Shown here: piece by piece, positions 17,624 through 26,437 of the stretch
Layout of the letters: each line of letters opens with the position of its first letter
How positions within the stretch are numbered: position 1 is the first letter of the stretch
Source: Patescibacteria group bacterium
GTDB taxonomy: Bacteria > Patescibacteriota > Patescibacteriia > UBA11705 > DATKZF01
Reading direction: 5' to 3'
DNA length: 64,000 nucleotides
Assembly (NCBI GenBank): GCA_049319825.1
Contig: JBMORT010000006.1
Location: forward strand, 166,340-230,339
The notes under the pieces: generated by a model
What the model was told of the DNA's origin: nothing
The model's input: only the letters and a program-made list of their open reading frames with translations
Databases searched by the model: none
Program-made: the position numbers and the translations under genes

Positions 17624-17951
17624 TGAGCTTCCCGAATTTCAAAAAGAATTCAAGCGGCTTGGCAAAAAATATAAATCTCTCCCCGATGACTTGCAAGAAT
17701 TCTGCAATGTGGTTTCTGTTGTTCCGCTTGGCAATAGTAAACATTTTAACATCATTACCCAAACTAAACTTTTTTGCATTATAAAAGCTCGCTTGTTCTG
17801 TAGATATTTGAAAGGAACCTCGCTCCGCATTATTTATTCTTATTTTGAGCAGAAACAATGTATTGAATTTATTGAATTATATTTTAAAGGTGATAAAGAA
17901 ACCGAAGATCGTGATAGAATAAAAGAATATTTGAAAAATAATCAGAACTAA
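17607..17951 (+). CDS. RelE/ParE-superfamily toxin-like protein
   Basis: 114 aa with a ...KARLFCRYLKGTSLRIIYSYFEQKQCIEFIELYFKGDK pattern. It overlaps the Panacea gene by 17 nt. Confidence 0.45.
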   Translation: MTINFNELPEFQKEFKRLGKKYKSLPDDLQEFCNVVSVVPLGNSKHFNIITQTKLFCIIKARLFCRYLKGTSLRIIYSYFEQKQCIEFIELYFKGDKETEDRDRIKEYLKNNQN

Positions 17952-18113
17952 CCCCACCCACCACCCTATAATTTTGTAGCCCCGCAAAAAAATCAGATCG
18001 CTCCCCTGCAGTCTTTTTTCATTTGTAAAAGTAAATCAACAGAAACTTATCTCGGCTTGTCTCGCTTGTTCAGTATGCTATAATCAAATAGCCTAATCAT
18101 TAACAAAAAATTT

Positions 18114-18512
18114 ATGAAAGGATTCTTCGCAAACATTGAGCGGGACACGATGGAAAATGAAAATTTCCGCAAAGTATTATACACCTCAAAGCACAGCCAG
18201 CTGGTTTTGATGGCTTTGCAGCCAAATGAAGAAATCGGCATGGAAGTGCATCCGGACAATGACCAGTTTTTCCGGTTTGAAAAGGGAACTGGCAAAGTCA
18301 TTATTGACGGCAATGAATATGAAGTCACTGACGGCTCAGCCATCGTGGTGCCGTCCGGCGCTCAGCATAATGTCATAAACACATCAAATGCTGAGCCTCT
18401 TAAGCTGTACACCATATATTCACCGGCGCATCATAAGGACCAAATCGTGCGCGCGACCAAAGAAGAAGCCATGGCGCAGGAAGCGGAATTTGACGGGATG
18501 ACCACTGAATAA
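18114..18512 (+). CDS. cupin-domain protein
   Basis: Cupin motifs GMEVHPDNDQFFRFEKGTGKVIIDG and VVPSGAQHNVINT. The true start may be the internal Met at about 18150. A TGCTATAAT extended -10 lies upstream. Confidence 0.75.
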   Translation: MKGFFANIERDTMENENFRKVLYTSKHSQLVLMALQPNEEIGMEVHPDNDQFFRFEKGTGKVIIDGNEYEVTDGSAIVVPSGAQHNVINTSNAEPLKLYTIYSPAHHKDQIVRATKEEAMAQEAEFDGMTTE

Positions 18513-18549
18513 TATAAAATGAAAAAGCAGCCGAGTGTCGGTTGCTTTT

Positions 18550-19137
18550 TTAATACTTGGAGAAGTTTGTTCCTTTTGGCAGCGGCGACTGAACTTCGAT
18601 CGCCATGCCGGTTGGCCGTCCGGCTCGATCAGCTTTGAATTTAGCGCGGAAATATTGGCCGAAGAGGCGTGATTGGGCGGCCAGGCGACGGGAAATATGC
18701 CATTTGGCACCGCCGTAATCGGACGATATTGGCTTAAAGTAGAACAACCCATCGTGTTTGATCAATTCCCCGGCCACCCAGCAACAAGCAGGAGCATTGT
18801 CTTTTCCCATGGCGATCAAGTCGATCAGCCCAAATATCCGGCTTCTGATTTCCAGCTCATTATCATCGCACAAGTGAGCGGGTTTTCGGGAAAGCTCATA
18901 GCCGCGGGCAATGGCAGCTCGGGCATTATGGAAAGATTCTTCTTTTGTGTTGCCTCGGCCCCATGTCCGGTCGCGGATTTTACAGAGCACGATATTCTCC
19001 GTATCTTTTTCAAAATCGATTTTGGTCATTTTTGAAAAGTAATATCTCCGGCCGTTTACGCCAATCCGGATTCGGGATATAGATTTCATGAGTGCCTCCG
19101 CCTCCGATGTTATCTGAAGATTGTAGCTACTGAGCAA
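18550..19137 (-). CDS. hypothetical protein (weak HNH_2-like PAHLCDDNELEIRSRIFGLIDL segment)
   Basis: 195-aa ORF. The nuclease resemblance is weak and unverified. Confidence 0.45.
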   Translation of the reverse strand: MLSSYNLQITSEAEALMKSISRIRIGVNGRRYYFSKMTKIDFEKDTENIVLCKIRDRTWGRGNTKEESFHNARAAIARGYELSRKPAHLCDDNELEIRSRIFGLIDLIAMGKDNAPACCWVAGELIKHDGLFYFKPISSDYGGAKWHISRRLAAQSRLFGQYFRAKFKADRAGRPTGMAIEVQSPLPKGTNFSKY

Positions 19138-19328
19138 TGTTTTGTCAATCGGGAATGACTATTTGGAAAATAGTCTGAAGAGCTTAAACAATTTTTGAAA
19201 ATTTGTGCTATAATGTTGGAGTATGCTGAATTTCGAACCAGAAAGCCATCGTTATTCAGCAATTTACAATTAATGATTAGCCATCAATTTGTAATAATTT
19301 AAAAAATAACATTCGTAATATCGTAATT

Positions 19329-19679
19329 ATGCAGAACCTACAAGAAATTTTTGAAAGAATTCAAAAAGCCAAAGACAAGCAAAAAGAATTGAAAAAAATG
19401 TATAAAGAATCGTTGGAACAGACCCCGGGCTATAAAGACGCGGTCGAGGAAGCCAAATCGTCCCGCGATAAAAAAAAGCAGCTGGAAAATCAGGTGCGCC
19501 AGGATTTCGCCAAAGAGTTCGAAGAGCTTGAAGACCTGAAGGCGGATATTCAAACTGATATTGAATTGATGTCCGACTTGGCGCTGAACAAGCTAGTGAA
19601 AGGGGAGGCGGTCGAGATCACCGATAAAGACAACAATAATTACGAGCCGGTGTTTACGGTCAGATTCAAGAAAATTTAA
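19329..19679 (+). CDS. hypothetical coiled-coil protein
   Basis: 116-aa K/E-rich helical ORF with an extended -10 (TGTGCTATAAT) upstream and a bidirectional terminator downstream at 19687-19706. Confidence 0.5.
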   Translation: MQNLQEIFERIQKAKDKQKELKKMYKESLEQTPGYKDAVEEAKSSRDKKKQLENQVRQDFAKEFEELEDLKADIQTDIELMSDLALNKLVKGEAVEITDKDNNNYEPVFTVRFKKI

Positions 19680-19721
19680 TCAAAAAAACCGCGACTTAAG
19701 GCGGTTTTTATTTTTAAAAAA

Positions 19722-21662
19722 TTATTGGCTTTGGTATGTTTTGATGAATTCCAGAGTTTTCTTTTGAGTCTCCATTGCTTGTTGGGCAGACCGCTCATGT
19801 GGAGCAATCAGTTCCGACATCGACGATTTATCTGATAAAAAATTCATTTCGTCCAGCGCCCGTCGAGCCGCCGCGACATGAACTAAAATTTCATCGCAAG
19901 ACGAAATGATCGTCTGCGTCCAAAAAATTTCCTGCAGGGCGGGCAGCTGAGCTTTAATGTTTATCGACCTTTTTGGCACCTTTTCTCTCCATGCAGAGAG
20001 CAGAAAGGCGCCGGTCGCGCTGATGTGGCCTTTTTTCAAATCATCTTCCCAATCGTGCGCGTCGTCGTTCAACTGTTTGGCGATGATGTAGTGTTTAAAA
20101 AATTCCATCAAATTTCTTATTTCCGGGCTCTCTTTTTCAAATCCTTGCAGCAACAGGATGGCCACCGGCCCGAGCGCGTGGCCGAGCGATCGTTCGGCCA
20201 GTTTGGAATAATCTTGAAAATCGGGCAACTGGTCGGGAATATGCAGGGTGGCGTCCACCACCAGCGCGCGGCAGTTTTGGATTTCCCATGAATTGGCATT
20301 GTCCAGATTTTTCATAGTTTCATGAAAGATTTCGGCGATCTGCTTATTTTTCTCGGACAGCTTCAGGTAAATGCCGGTAAGCTCGCGCAGGCAGAGTGTG
20401 CCGGTGGGCAAGAGCCGCGGATCGCCTTCATCGTCCAAAAAATCATCAAATACGGTGTAAGCGGTCCAGCCGAGCAGATTAGCCACTCCCAGCTTGACGA
20501 TATCGCTGTCATCGATTTTATTTTTTTCGGATAAACATTGATAAAAATAATAAGGCAGCAGCACCACTTGTTTGTCTTGGTCGGCGCGGATCATCTTTTC
20601 CAAAACCGGCAGAGAAATTTTTTCCGTATCGGCGGGGAACATCTTTTTCGTGTCCGCGATGATTTTTTCGTAGATGCCAATTTGTTTTTCATCGACGTGT
20701 ATCGTTTTTGTTGAATTAGCGGCGGATATAAATTTAAATAGCGCTTCCAGGCAAAAGGCGCCGGTCAAAGCTCTCGCTCCGGAAAAATGGGTCTGGCCGT
20801 CTATGGCCGGATCAATGCAGAAAGCCTGTGCCGGCCAGGCTCCGTTTGCCTGAGCGGAAAGTATGAAATCAACGGAATTTCGGTGCGGCTTAAGCGCTTC
20901 TCCCAGATTGGCCAGGCTGGAAATCGCCAAGGCGGTGTCTAGGGAGTTCTCGTTCCATGAGCCATTTTCTTTTTTATTTTTTAAAATATAATCGATTAAA
21001 GCATTTTTTTTGCGGCCTCGATAAAACCTTGAGATAAAATAAATAATCGGCCAGGGAGTCGGGTAGTATGGGGATGTGAATTTTTTTTGATCAATGGAGT
21101 CTTCCGCCATGATCACGATATTGGGAAGTTCGACATCATTTAACGATAGAAAATACGCGACGTTGCTGTTCACTGCCAAATCAATGTCTTGCCAGACCCG
21201 ATCTTCGGTGGCCGGAACCAGCCAAGTGCGGTAAGGGCCGCCTTCTTTGGATTCGACGGCAGTCAACAGGGCGACGATCATCGCCAATGCTTGCCCGTCA
21301 ATTATTTCCGGATCATATTTTTGCAGCGCGGCCAAGGCGCAAAATGTGTCGTCCAGGTCATCCGGGTAGGGCAGTAAGCGGGCTTCTTTAGAATCGCGCG
21401 CCCAGTAATTAAAAGACCAGTGGTCGCTTTTATTTTTACATAAAAATTCAGCCAGTCCGGATTTTACCGCCTTGAGAGTTGAATTTTCGTCTAGCTCGTT
21501 TAAGGCGGATAGAATCAGCGCGCTGGTAAAAATCGGCTGATATGTTTTCGCCCGGGTAAAGTCGTCGGCATCGGCTGTAGAAAAACCAAAAAATGAGCCG
21601 TCAGAGTTTTGCTCATTTTTAAGATATTCGATTCCGTTTTTAATGGAGTTATGTATGTTCAT
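19722..21662 (-). CDS. two-domain isoprenoid protein: N-terminal prenyltransferase/squalene-hopene-cyclase-like alpha-toroid fused to a C-terminal DDxxD isoprenoid-synthase-like domain
   Basis: N-domain has QW-like repeats (EQNSDGSF, KENGSW) and a DLDDT motif (cf. the SHC DxDDTA motif). C-domain has VFDDFLDDEGD (DDxxD-like) and NDDAHDWEDD (NSE/DTE-like). The ATGA overlap with the histidine kinase stop indicates translational coupling. Confidence 0.55.
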   Translation of the reverse strand: MNIHNSIKNGIEYLKNEQNSDGSFFGFSTADADDFTRAKTYQPIFTSALILSALNELDENSTLKAVKSGLAEFLCKNKSDHWSFNYWARDSKEARLLPYPDDLDDTFCALAALQKYDPEIIDGQALAMIVALLTAVESKEGGPYRTWLVPATEDRVWQDIDLAVNSNVAYFLSLNDVELPNIVIMAEDSIDQKKFTSPYYPTPWPIIYFISRFYRGRKKNALIDYILKNKKENGSWNENSLDTALAISSLANLGEALKPHRNSVDFILSAQANGAWPAQAFCIDPAIDGQTHFSGARALTGAFCLEALFKFISAANSTKTIHVDEKQIGIYEKIIADTKKMFPADTEKISLPVLEKMIRADQDKQVVLLPYYFYQCLSEKNKIDDSDIVKLGVANLLGWTAYTVFDDFLDDEGDPRLLPTGTLCLRELTGIYLKLSEKNKQIAEIFHETMKNLDNANSWEIQNCRALVVDATLHIPDQLPDFQDYSKLAERSLGHALGPVAILLLQGFEKESPEIRNLMEFFKHYIIAKQLNDDAHDWEDDLKKGHISATGAFLLSAWREKVPKRSINIKAQLPALQEIFWTQTIISSCDEILVHVAAARRALDEMNFLSDKSSMSELIAPHERSAQQAMETQKKTLEFIKTYQSQ

Positions 21663-23128
21663 ATAGATTTTTCGATCGTTCCATGAATAGTGAATATCGA
21701 GCCGCGGCCTTTTTCGCTGTTAACCGAGATCGATCCGCTAAAATCGTTTTCGATTATTTTTTTCACGGTGGTCAGTCCGATGCCCGTGCCCTTGCCGATC
21801 GGTTTGGTAGTGTAAAGCGGCTCGAATATCTTTTCCAGATTCTCCGGCTCGATACCGCAGGCAAAGTCCTGAATGGATATGGCAAATCTGGCATCTTGTT
21901 TAGTCAGCGTGATAATTATTTTTTTGCCGGGCGTGTCGACTCCTTCATAGGCATCAATGGCGTTAGATATCAGGTTGGTGATGATTTGATTGAATTTGAG
22001 CGGATTGCCGAAAGTAAAAATTTCTTTTTCGGCATTGAATTCAATGCTGATTTTTTGTTTTCTGGCTTGATATTCCAGGACATCAATCGAATTTTCTATT
22101 TCTTCATTTAACGAGAATGTTTCTTTTTGTTCTTGCTGGCTGTATTGCTTTTTAATCGCTTGAATGAATTTTTCCAGTTTTCTGCTGGCGCTGAGCGCTC
22201 GTTGCAGGCACGATTTGGTTTCGCTGACATTTTCTTTTTGGTCATCGTTGACCTGGCTGAGATTAAGCGAGATGGCGGTCAGGGGACTGGCCAGATCGTG
22301 GAACAGCCCGGATGACAGGCGGCCGAATTCCGCGAAGCGGTCCATTTGGGTCATTTTTTCGATCTGTGCCTGCTTTAATTCTTTGGTGCGCTCGTCAACT
22401 CTGATTTCCAGCAGGTCGCGTTCTTTTTTTAATTCCGCTTCTGATTTTCGCGCGCGGCGCAAGGATTTTTCAATTTCTCGGTTAAAGAGCCAAGAGACGA
22501 TTGAGATGATTATTAATGTCACGACAATTATGATTATGTCTTCTGTTTTAGCAGTCGAGTCGTCAGCCCAATATAAGTCGGGATGAATAATATTTTTATC
22601 TTGTAAATAAGCAAGAAAAAATAGTATAGCTGATATTATCAATGTGATCACATAAGCGAATTTGGTATTGATTAATATTCCAGCCATAATTATGACTAGT
22701 GCGTATATTAACAGGCCTAATGGTAAATCCACTCCCCATATCACAAGGTTGTATGTTGCGGCTATTAAATATATAATTATTAAAATGTATGATGCCAATC
22801 GAGCGTATCCTTTTCTAGATAATAGATAGAGAGAAAAAAAACCAATAAAAATAAAAAATAGAAGGGCTGGAGGCGCGCCATAGTAGTTCGGTCTAAATAT
22901 TAGATATCCGCGAACCGTAATTAAAAACGCAAGAAAGGATAAAAAGGTTGAGCCGGAAACGATTATGTTTAAAATAAATTCCCGTCTGCTTAGATCTTCA
23001 TTTTTAGATTTGGGCTGTATTTCAGATAATAAAAAATGGACACACTTCTTTACTAGCAATGAAATGCGTTTTATCGTCTGACCTTTATTATCAGTGGATG
23101 TGTCCATTTTTTGTATTATTGGTACCAA
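21659..23128 (-). CDS. sensor histidine kinase (multi-TM sensor, HisKA H-box, HATPase_c)
   Basis: Six or more N-terminal TM helices, H-box FHDLASPLTAI and a G-box GTGIGLTTVKKII. The 5' end may be the TTG at 23128 or the ATG at 23107. Confidence 0.85.
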   Translation of the reverse strand: MVPIIQKMDTSTDNKGQTIKRISLLVKKCVHFLLSEIQPKSKNEDLSRREFILNIIVSGSTFLSFLAFLITVRGYLIFRPNYYGAPPALLFFIFIGFFSLYLLSRKGYARLASYILIIIYLIAATYNLVIWGVDLPLGLLIYALVIIMAGILINTKFAYVITLIISAILFFLAYLQDKNIIHPDLYWADDSTAKTEDIIIIVVTLIIISIVSWLFNREIEKSLRRARKSEAELKKERDLLEIRVDERTKELKQAQIEKMTQMDRFAEFGRLSSGLFHDLASPLTAISLNLSQVNDDQKENVSETKSCLQRALSASRKLEKFIQAIKKQYSQQEQKETFSLNEEIENSIDVLEYQARKQKISIEFNAEKEIFTFGNPLKFNQIITNLISNAIDAYEGVDTPGKKIIITLTKQDARFAISIQDFACGIEPENLEKIFEPLYTTKPIGKGTGIGLTTVKKIIENDFSGSISVNSEKGRGSIFTIHGTIEKSI

Positions 23129-23333
23129 GGTTTGGCGGATCCAGCCAAGCTCACGGCCAAAGCGCTTAATACACCCATGTTTCTGGCGCTTTTGCTGGTC
23201 AAGAGCTTTTTAATCAAATTTTTCATATTAATCTCCTGCTGCTTTGATGATCAAAGCATATTAGTTTGGCTGAGCCCACGACCTTTTTTGAATAAGCCCA
23301 GCAATTGTATCAGATGTTTTATAAAAAATAAAG

Positions 23334-24371
23334 TTATTTTTGCCGATTGACCACGAATTCGATCGCTTGCTCTATCAGCCGTTTAGCGGATTGATCCGGC
23401 AGATTTTTTGAGTATCCGCTGAATAAATCCGATGCCTGTTTGGCATATTGCCGCGCCAGATTTTTCGCGTAATCCATGCTTCCATATTTATGCATTAGCT
23501 CAAGCACTTTTTTGATTTCGTCTTCGGTTTTTGATTCTCGGTTTTTTACGAATATTTCAGTGATCGTTTGTTTCTCTTTGGCGTCGGCGCTTCGGAGCAG
23601 GTGGCCGAGTATCAGCGTGCGCTTGCCTTCCCAGATGTCGCCGGCGAATTCTTTGCCTTGGTTTTGCGATGTTTCGGTGACATTCATGACGTCATCGAAT
23701 ATTTGAAAGGCCAGTCCGAACGGCAATGTCCATTCTTCGATTTTGTTCATTGTTGAAATTGATCCGTAACCGGCGATGATGGCGGCCAGCTGCGTCGGCG
23801 CGGTGGTGGTGTAGGCCGCTGTTTTTTTCGATACCATGTTCAGGTATTCAACTTCGGAGACTTCAACGATTTTATTTTTTATCCAATTAAGCTCCATGAA
23901 CTGCCCTTCGGTGGTGGTCATCAGCGTTTCATTGAATTTGTCAAAAATTTCAAACCCGGTATCGCCGCGGTGATTTCTTGCAATATCGCCGATCATTTTC
24001 CACATTATCAAATGCAGCGCGTCACCGGCGTTAATGGCCGCTTCTTCGCCGTACATCAAATTCAGTGATAGCCGGTGCCGACGTTCCAGCGAGTGGTCTT
24101 CCACGTCGTCGTGAATCAGCAGCCAGTCTTCGGAAATCTGCAGCGCCGCCGCAATCGGCAGGGCGTCCTGCTCGCGGCCGCCGTGGAGTCTGGCCGAGAG
24201 CATCAGCAGCGCCGGTCGAAAATATTTGCCTTGCCGATGGGGATATTCATTGATCATCCGGTGATACGGATAGTTCGATTCCGCCGGCAAATATTTTTTT
24301 ACCTGATTCCACACCGCCTTTTTGTTTTCATCCAAAAAATTCAATAATTCATTTTCAGTTGTAGTTTCCAT
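23334..24371 (-). CDS. trans-polyprenyl diphosphate synthase (GGPP/FPP synthase family)
   Basis: FARM LLIHDDVEDHSLERR and SARM FQIFDDVMNV motifs. 345 aa. Confidence 0.9.
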   Translation of the reverse strand: METTTENELLNFLDENKKAVWNQVKKYLPAESNYPYHRMINEYPHRQGKYFRPALLMLSARLHGGREQDALPIAAALQISEDWLLIHDDVEDHSLERRHRLSLNLMYGEEAAINAGDALHLIMWKMIGDIARNHRGDTGFEIFDKFNETLMTTTEGQFMELNWIKNKIVEVSEVEYLNMVSKKTAAYTTTAPTQLAAIIAGYGSISTMNKIEEWTLPFGLAFQIFDDVMNVTETSQNQGKEFAGDIWEGKRTLILGHLLRSADAKEKQTITEIFVKNRESKTEDEIKKVLELMHKYGSMDYAKNLARQYAKQASDLFSGYSKNLPDQSAKRLIEQAIEFVVNRQK

Positions 24372-24460
24372 AATTACATTTTACGGAGTTCATTATAAAT
24401 TTTTAATAAATTTTTTTTAAAAATAAAAATGCCTTAAATAAGGCATTTTTAAATTATATT

Positions 24461-25135
24461 TTATCTTTTCACGTCCAGCTTGTAGCCTCTGCCCGGTATG
24501 GTGTGGATAAGTTTAGGTTTGCTTTTGACATCAATTTTTTTTCTCAGGCTTAAGATGTGAGATTCAATGGTGTTGGAAAACGGATCAGCGTCCACGTCCC
24601 AGACATGCTCCATGATCATGGCGCGCGACAGCACCTGCTGTTTATTCTTGAGCAAATATTCGAGAAGCATGAATTCTTTTCTTGTTAAATATATTTCTTT
24701 TTGTCCGCGCTTCACCAAATGCTTTTTAGGATCGACTGTCAGATCTTCAAATTCCAAAACTTCGTTTTCAATCACTCTCGGCCGCCGGAGCAGCGCTCTG
24801 ATTCTGGCCAGCAGCTCTTCTATTGAATACGGCTTGGTTAAGTAATCGTCGGCGCCCATATTGAAAAGCTCGACCTTGGTCGGTATCTCCGTTTGCACCG
24901 ACAAGACGAGTATCGGAAAATTTTTACCGGCTTCCCTGATATCTCGGCAGACCTCCTGGCCGGATTTATTGGGCATGATCAGATCCAAGATGACCAGATC
25001 ATAGTCATTGGTTCTGGCCAAAAAAGAGCCTTTTTCGCCATCTTCGGCCGTGTCCACGATAAAGCACTCGGATTCTAGCCCGGCTTTTAAAAATTCTCTG
25101 ATGTCTTTTTCATCTTCGACTACTAAAATTCTCAT
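24461..25135 (-). CDS. OmpR-family response regulator
   Basis: Receiver MRILVVEDE...DLVILDLIMP plus a winged-helix trans_reg_C domain. Confidence 0.9.
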   Translation of the reverse strand: MRILVVEDEKDIREFLKAGLESECFIVDTAEDGEKGSFLARTNDYDLVILDLIMPNKSGQEVCRDIREAGKNFPILVLSVQTEIPTKVELFNMGADDYLTKPYSIEELLARIRALLRRPRVIENEVLEFEDLTVDPKKHLVKRGQKEIYLTRKEFMLLEYLLKNKQQVLSRAMIMEHVWDVDADPFSNTIESHILSLRKKIDVKSKPKLIHTIPGRGYKLDVKR

Positions 25136-25278
25136 ATGATTGATGCGGAAAAAAGATTATTGATATTATAATGGAAATTTTTTTATAAAACAAATACAAA
25201 TGATTTAACATTTTTTTATTTTTTATTTAGGGTCGATTTGGTTTAATTTCTTTATTATTATTTAATTGAATCGATAAA

Positions 25279-25998
25279 ATGATTAGCAGAAAAAAATTAA
25301 AATTTTCCATGTCCATATTATGCGTTGTTGGATCGGCCGATATTTTTGAAAATAAGTTTGGCGTGTTTCAGCGAACCGGAAACAGCACGGATATGATAGT
25401 TTGCGGCCGCCGCGCCGCCAATCAACTCATTAGCGATATTAACGGCCGTCTGAAAAAGTGCTACAATATCATAATTTTTGATTGCCCGATTGATAATGAC
25501 ATTGCCAAACACGTGATTAAGCGGATCAGAAGCGTCACCGATACTCCGATATTATTCGCGTTGTCAGAAAAAGATCCGAAATTCGCTGCTGAAATCATCG
25601 ATTGCGGGGCGGACATGGTGATCGGCAAAAAATTCAGCTCTAGCGAATTGATCGCGCGAGTGAATTCATTGATGACGCGGTCAACGCGTTTGAATTTTAA
25701 ATTTTGCTGGGCGGAAATAGGACGATTGAGAATTGATTTGAGGAATCGAATCGTGGAGGTTGAGGGAAAGACCGTGCATCTGACAAAAGCGGAATATCGA
25801 TTATTGTCCCATCTGTTGATTAACTGCGGGCGTATCGTTAAGAAATCCGAGCTTATCAAATATCTTAATAAAAGCGATCTGGAGCGGGCTGATCATCTTT
25901 TAAACATGCATATATCTAATATTAGAAAAAAACTTGGCGGGATAGTGGAAATTTCATCGATTTCCAAGGAAGGTTTTTATATCAAGGAGACAAAATGA
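25279..25998 (+). CDS. OmpR-family winged-helix regulator with a degenerate (pseudo-)receiver domain
   Basis: The C-terminal trans_reg_C domain is clear (VHLTKAEYRLLSHLLINCGRIV). The N-domain is receiver-like but the acidic pocket and Asp spacing are non-canonical (IIIFDCPIDN). Confidence 0.6.
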   Translation: MISRKKLKFSMSILCVVGSADIFENKFGVFQRTGNSTDMIVCGRRAANQLISDINGRLKKCYNIIIFDCPIDNDIAKHVIKRIRSVTDTPILFALSEKDPKFAAEIIDCGADMVIGKKFSSSELIARVNSLMTRSTRLNFKFCWAEIGRLRIDLRNRIVEVEGKTVHLTKAEYRLLSHLLINCGRIVKKSELIKYLNKSDLERADHLLNMHISNIRKKLGGIVEISSISKEGFYIKETK

Positions 25999-26038
25999 AT
26001 TTGGGAGGCCCGCGATTCGTGAAATCGCAGGCCGCCGG

Positions 26039-26245
26039 TCAGCCCGTTCGTTTGAGCAGAATTCGATCGCTTTCATCCCAGCCAAGAACCAAATCCTCCG
26101 GATCCAGCCGGCCGATCATTCGGCGGCTGATATGTGGACAACTTTCTTCGGCGGTTTGGCAGAAAGTACAGCGTCCGATGAGAGCTTGTCTTGGACAGGG
26201 TGGATTGTTTTCCACCAAGAAACAAGCGTACATGGCCGTTTTCAT
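26039..26245 (-). CDS. small Cys-containing protein (68 aa), hypothetical
   Basis: Strong RBS (CAGGAGGTTCGC-ATG). Codon usage resembles neighbours, unlike the overlapping plus-strand ORF. Contains CPRQ...CTFCQ...CPH cysteines. Divergent from the HD-GYP gene. Confidence 0.45.
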   Translation of the reverse strand: MKTAMYACFLVENNPPCPRQALIGRCTFCQTAEESCPHISRRMIGRLDPEDLVLGWDESDRILLKRTG

Positions 26246-26437
26246 GCGAACCTCCTGCGTGAAATGGCGATTTACTTACAATATATATCTATTTTATAAA
26301 TTGAAATATAAGAAAAAAATAAAGTTTTTATCACGAAAAAATTGAATAATATTTCATATTTTTTTTATTTGGCTGATATTACTATTTGATTATAGTGAAA
26401 TCAGATCATTGACATGCAAAAAAGGAGGGGAGTGGAA

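Noticed and set aside
18550-19137. Calling the 195-aa protein an HNH nuclease.
   Set aside because: There is only a weak HNH_2-like segment, without the full Cys/His constellation. It is left as hypothetical.
25995-26345. ORF 25995..26345(+) 116 aa, overlapping the regulator stop (ATGA).
   Set aside because: It is R/S-rich and low-complexity, and it reads straight through an AT-rich promoter-like spacer. The convergent minus-strand 68-aa ORF has the strong RBS and gene-like codon usage, so I preferred that one.
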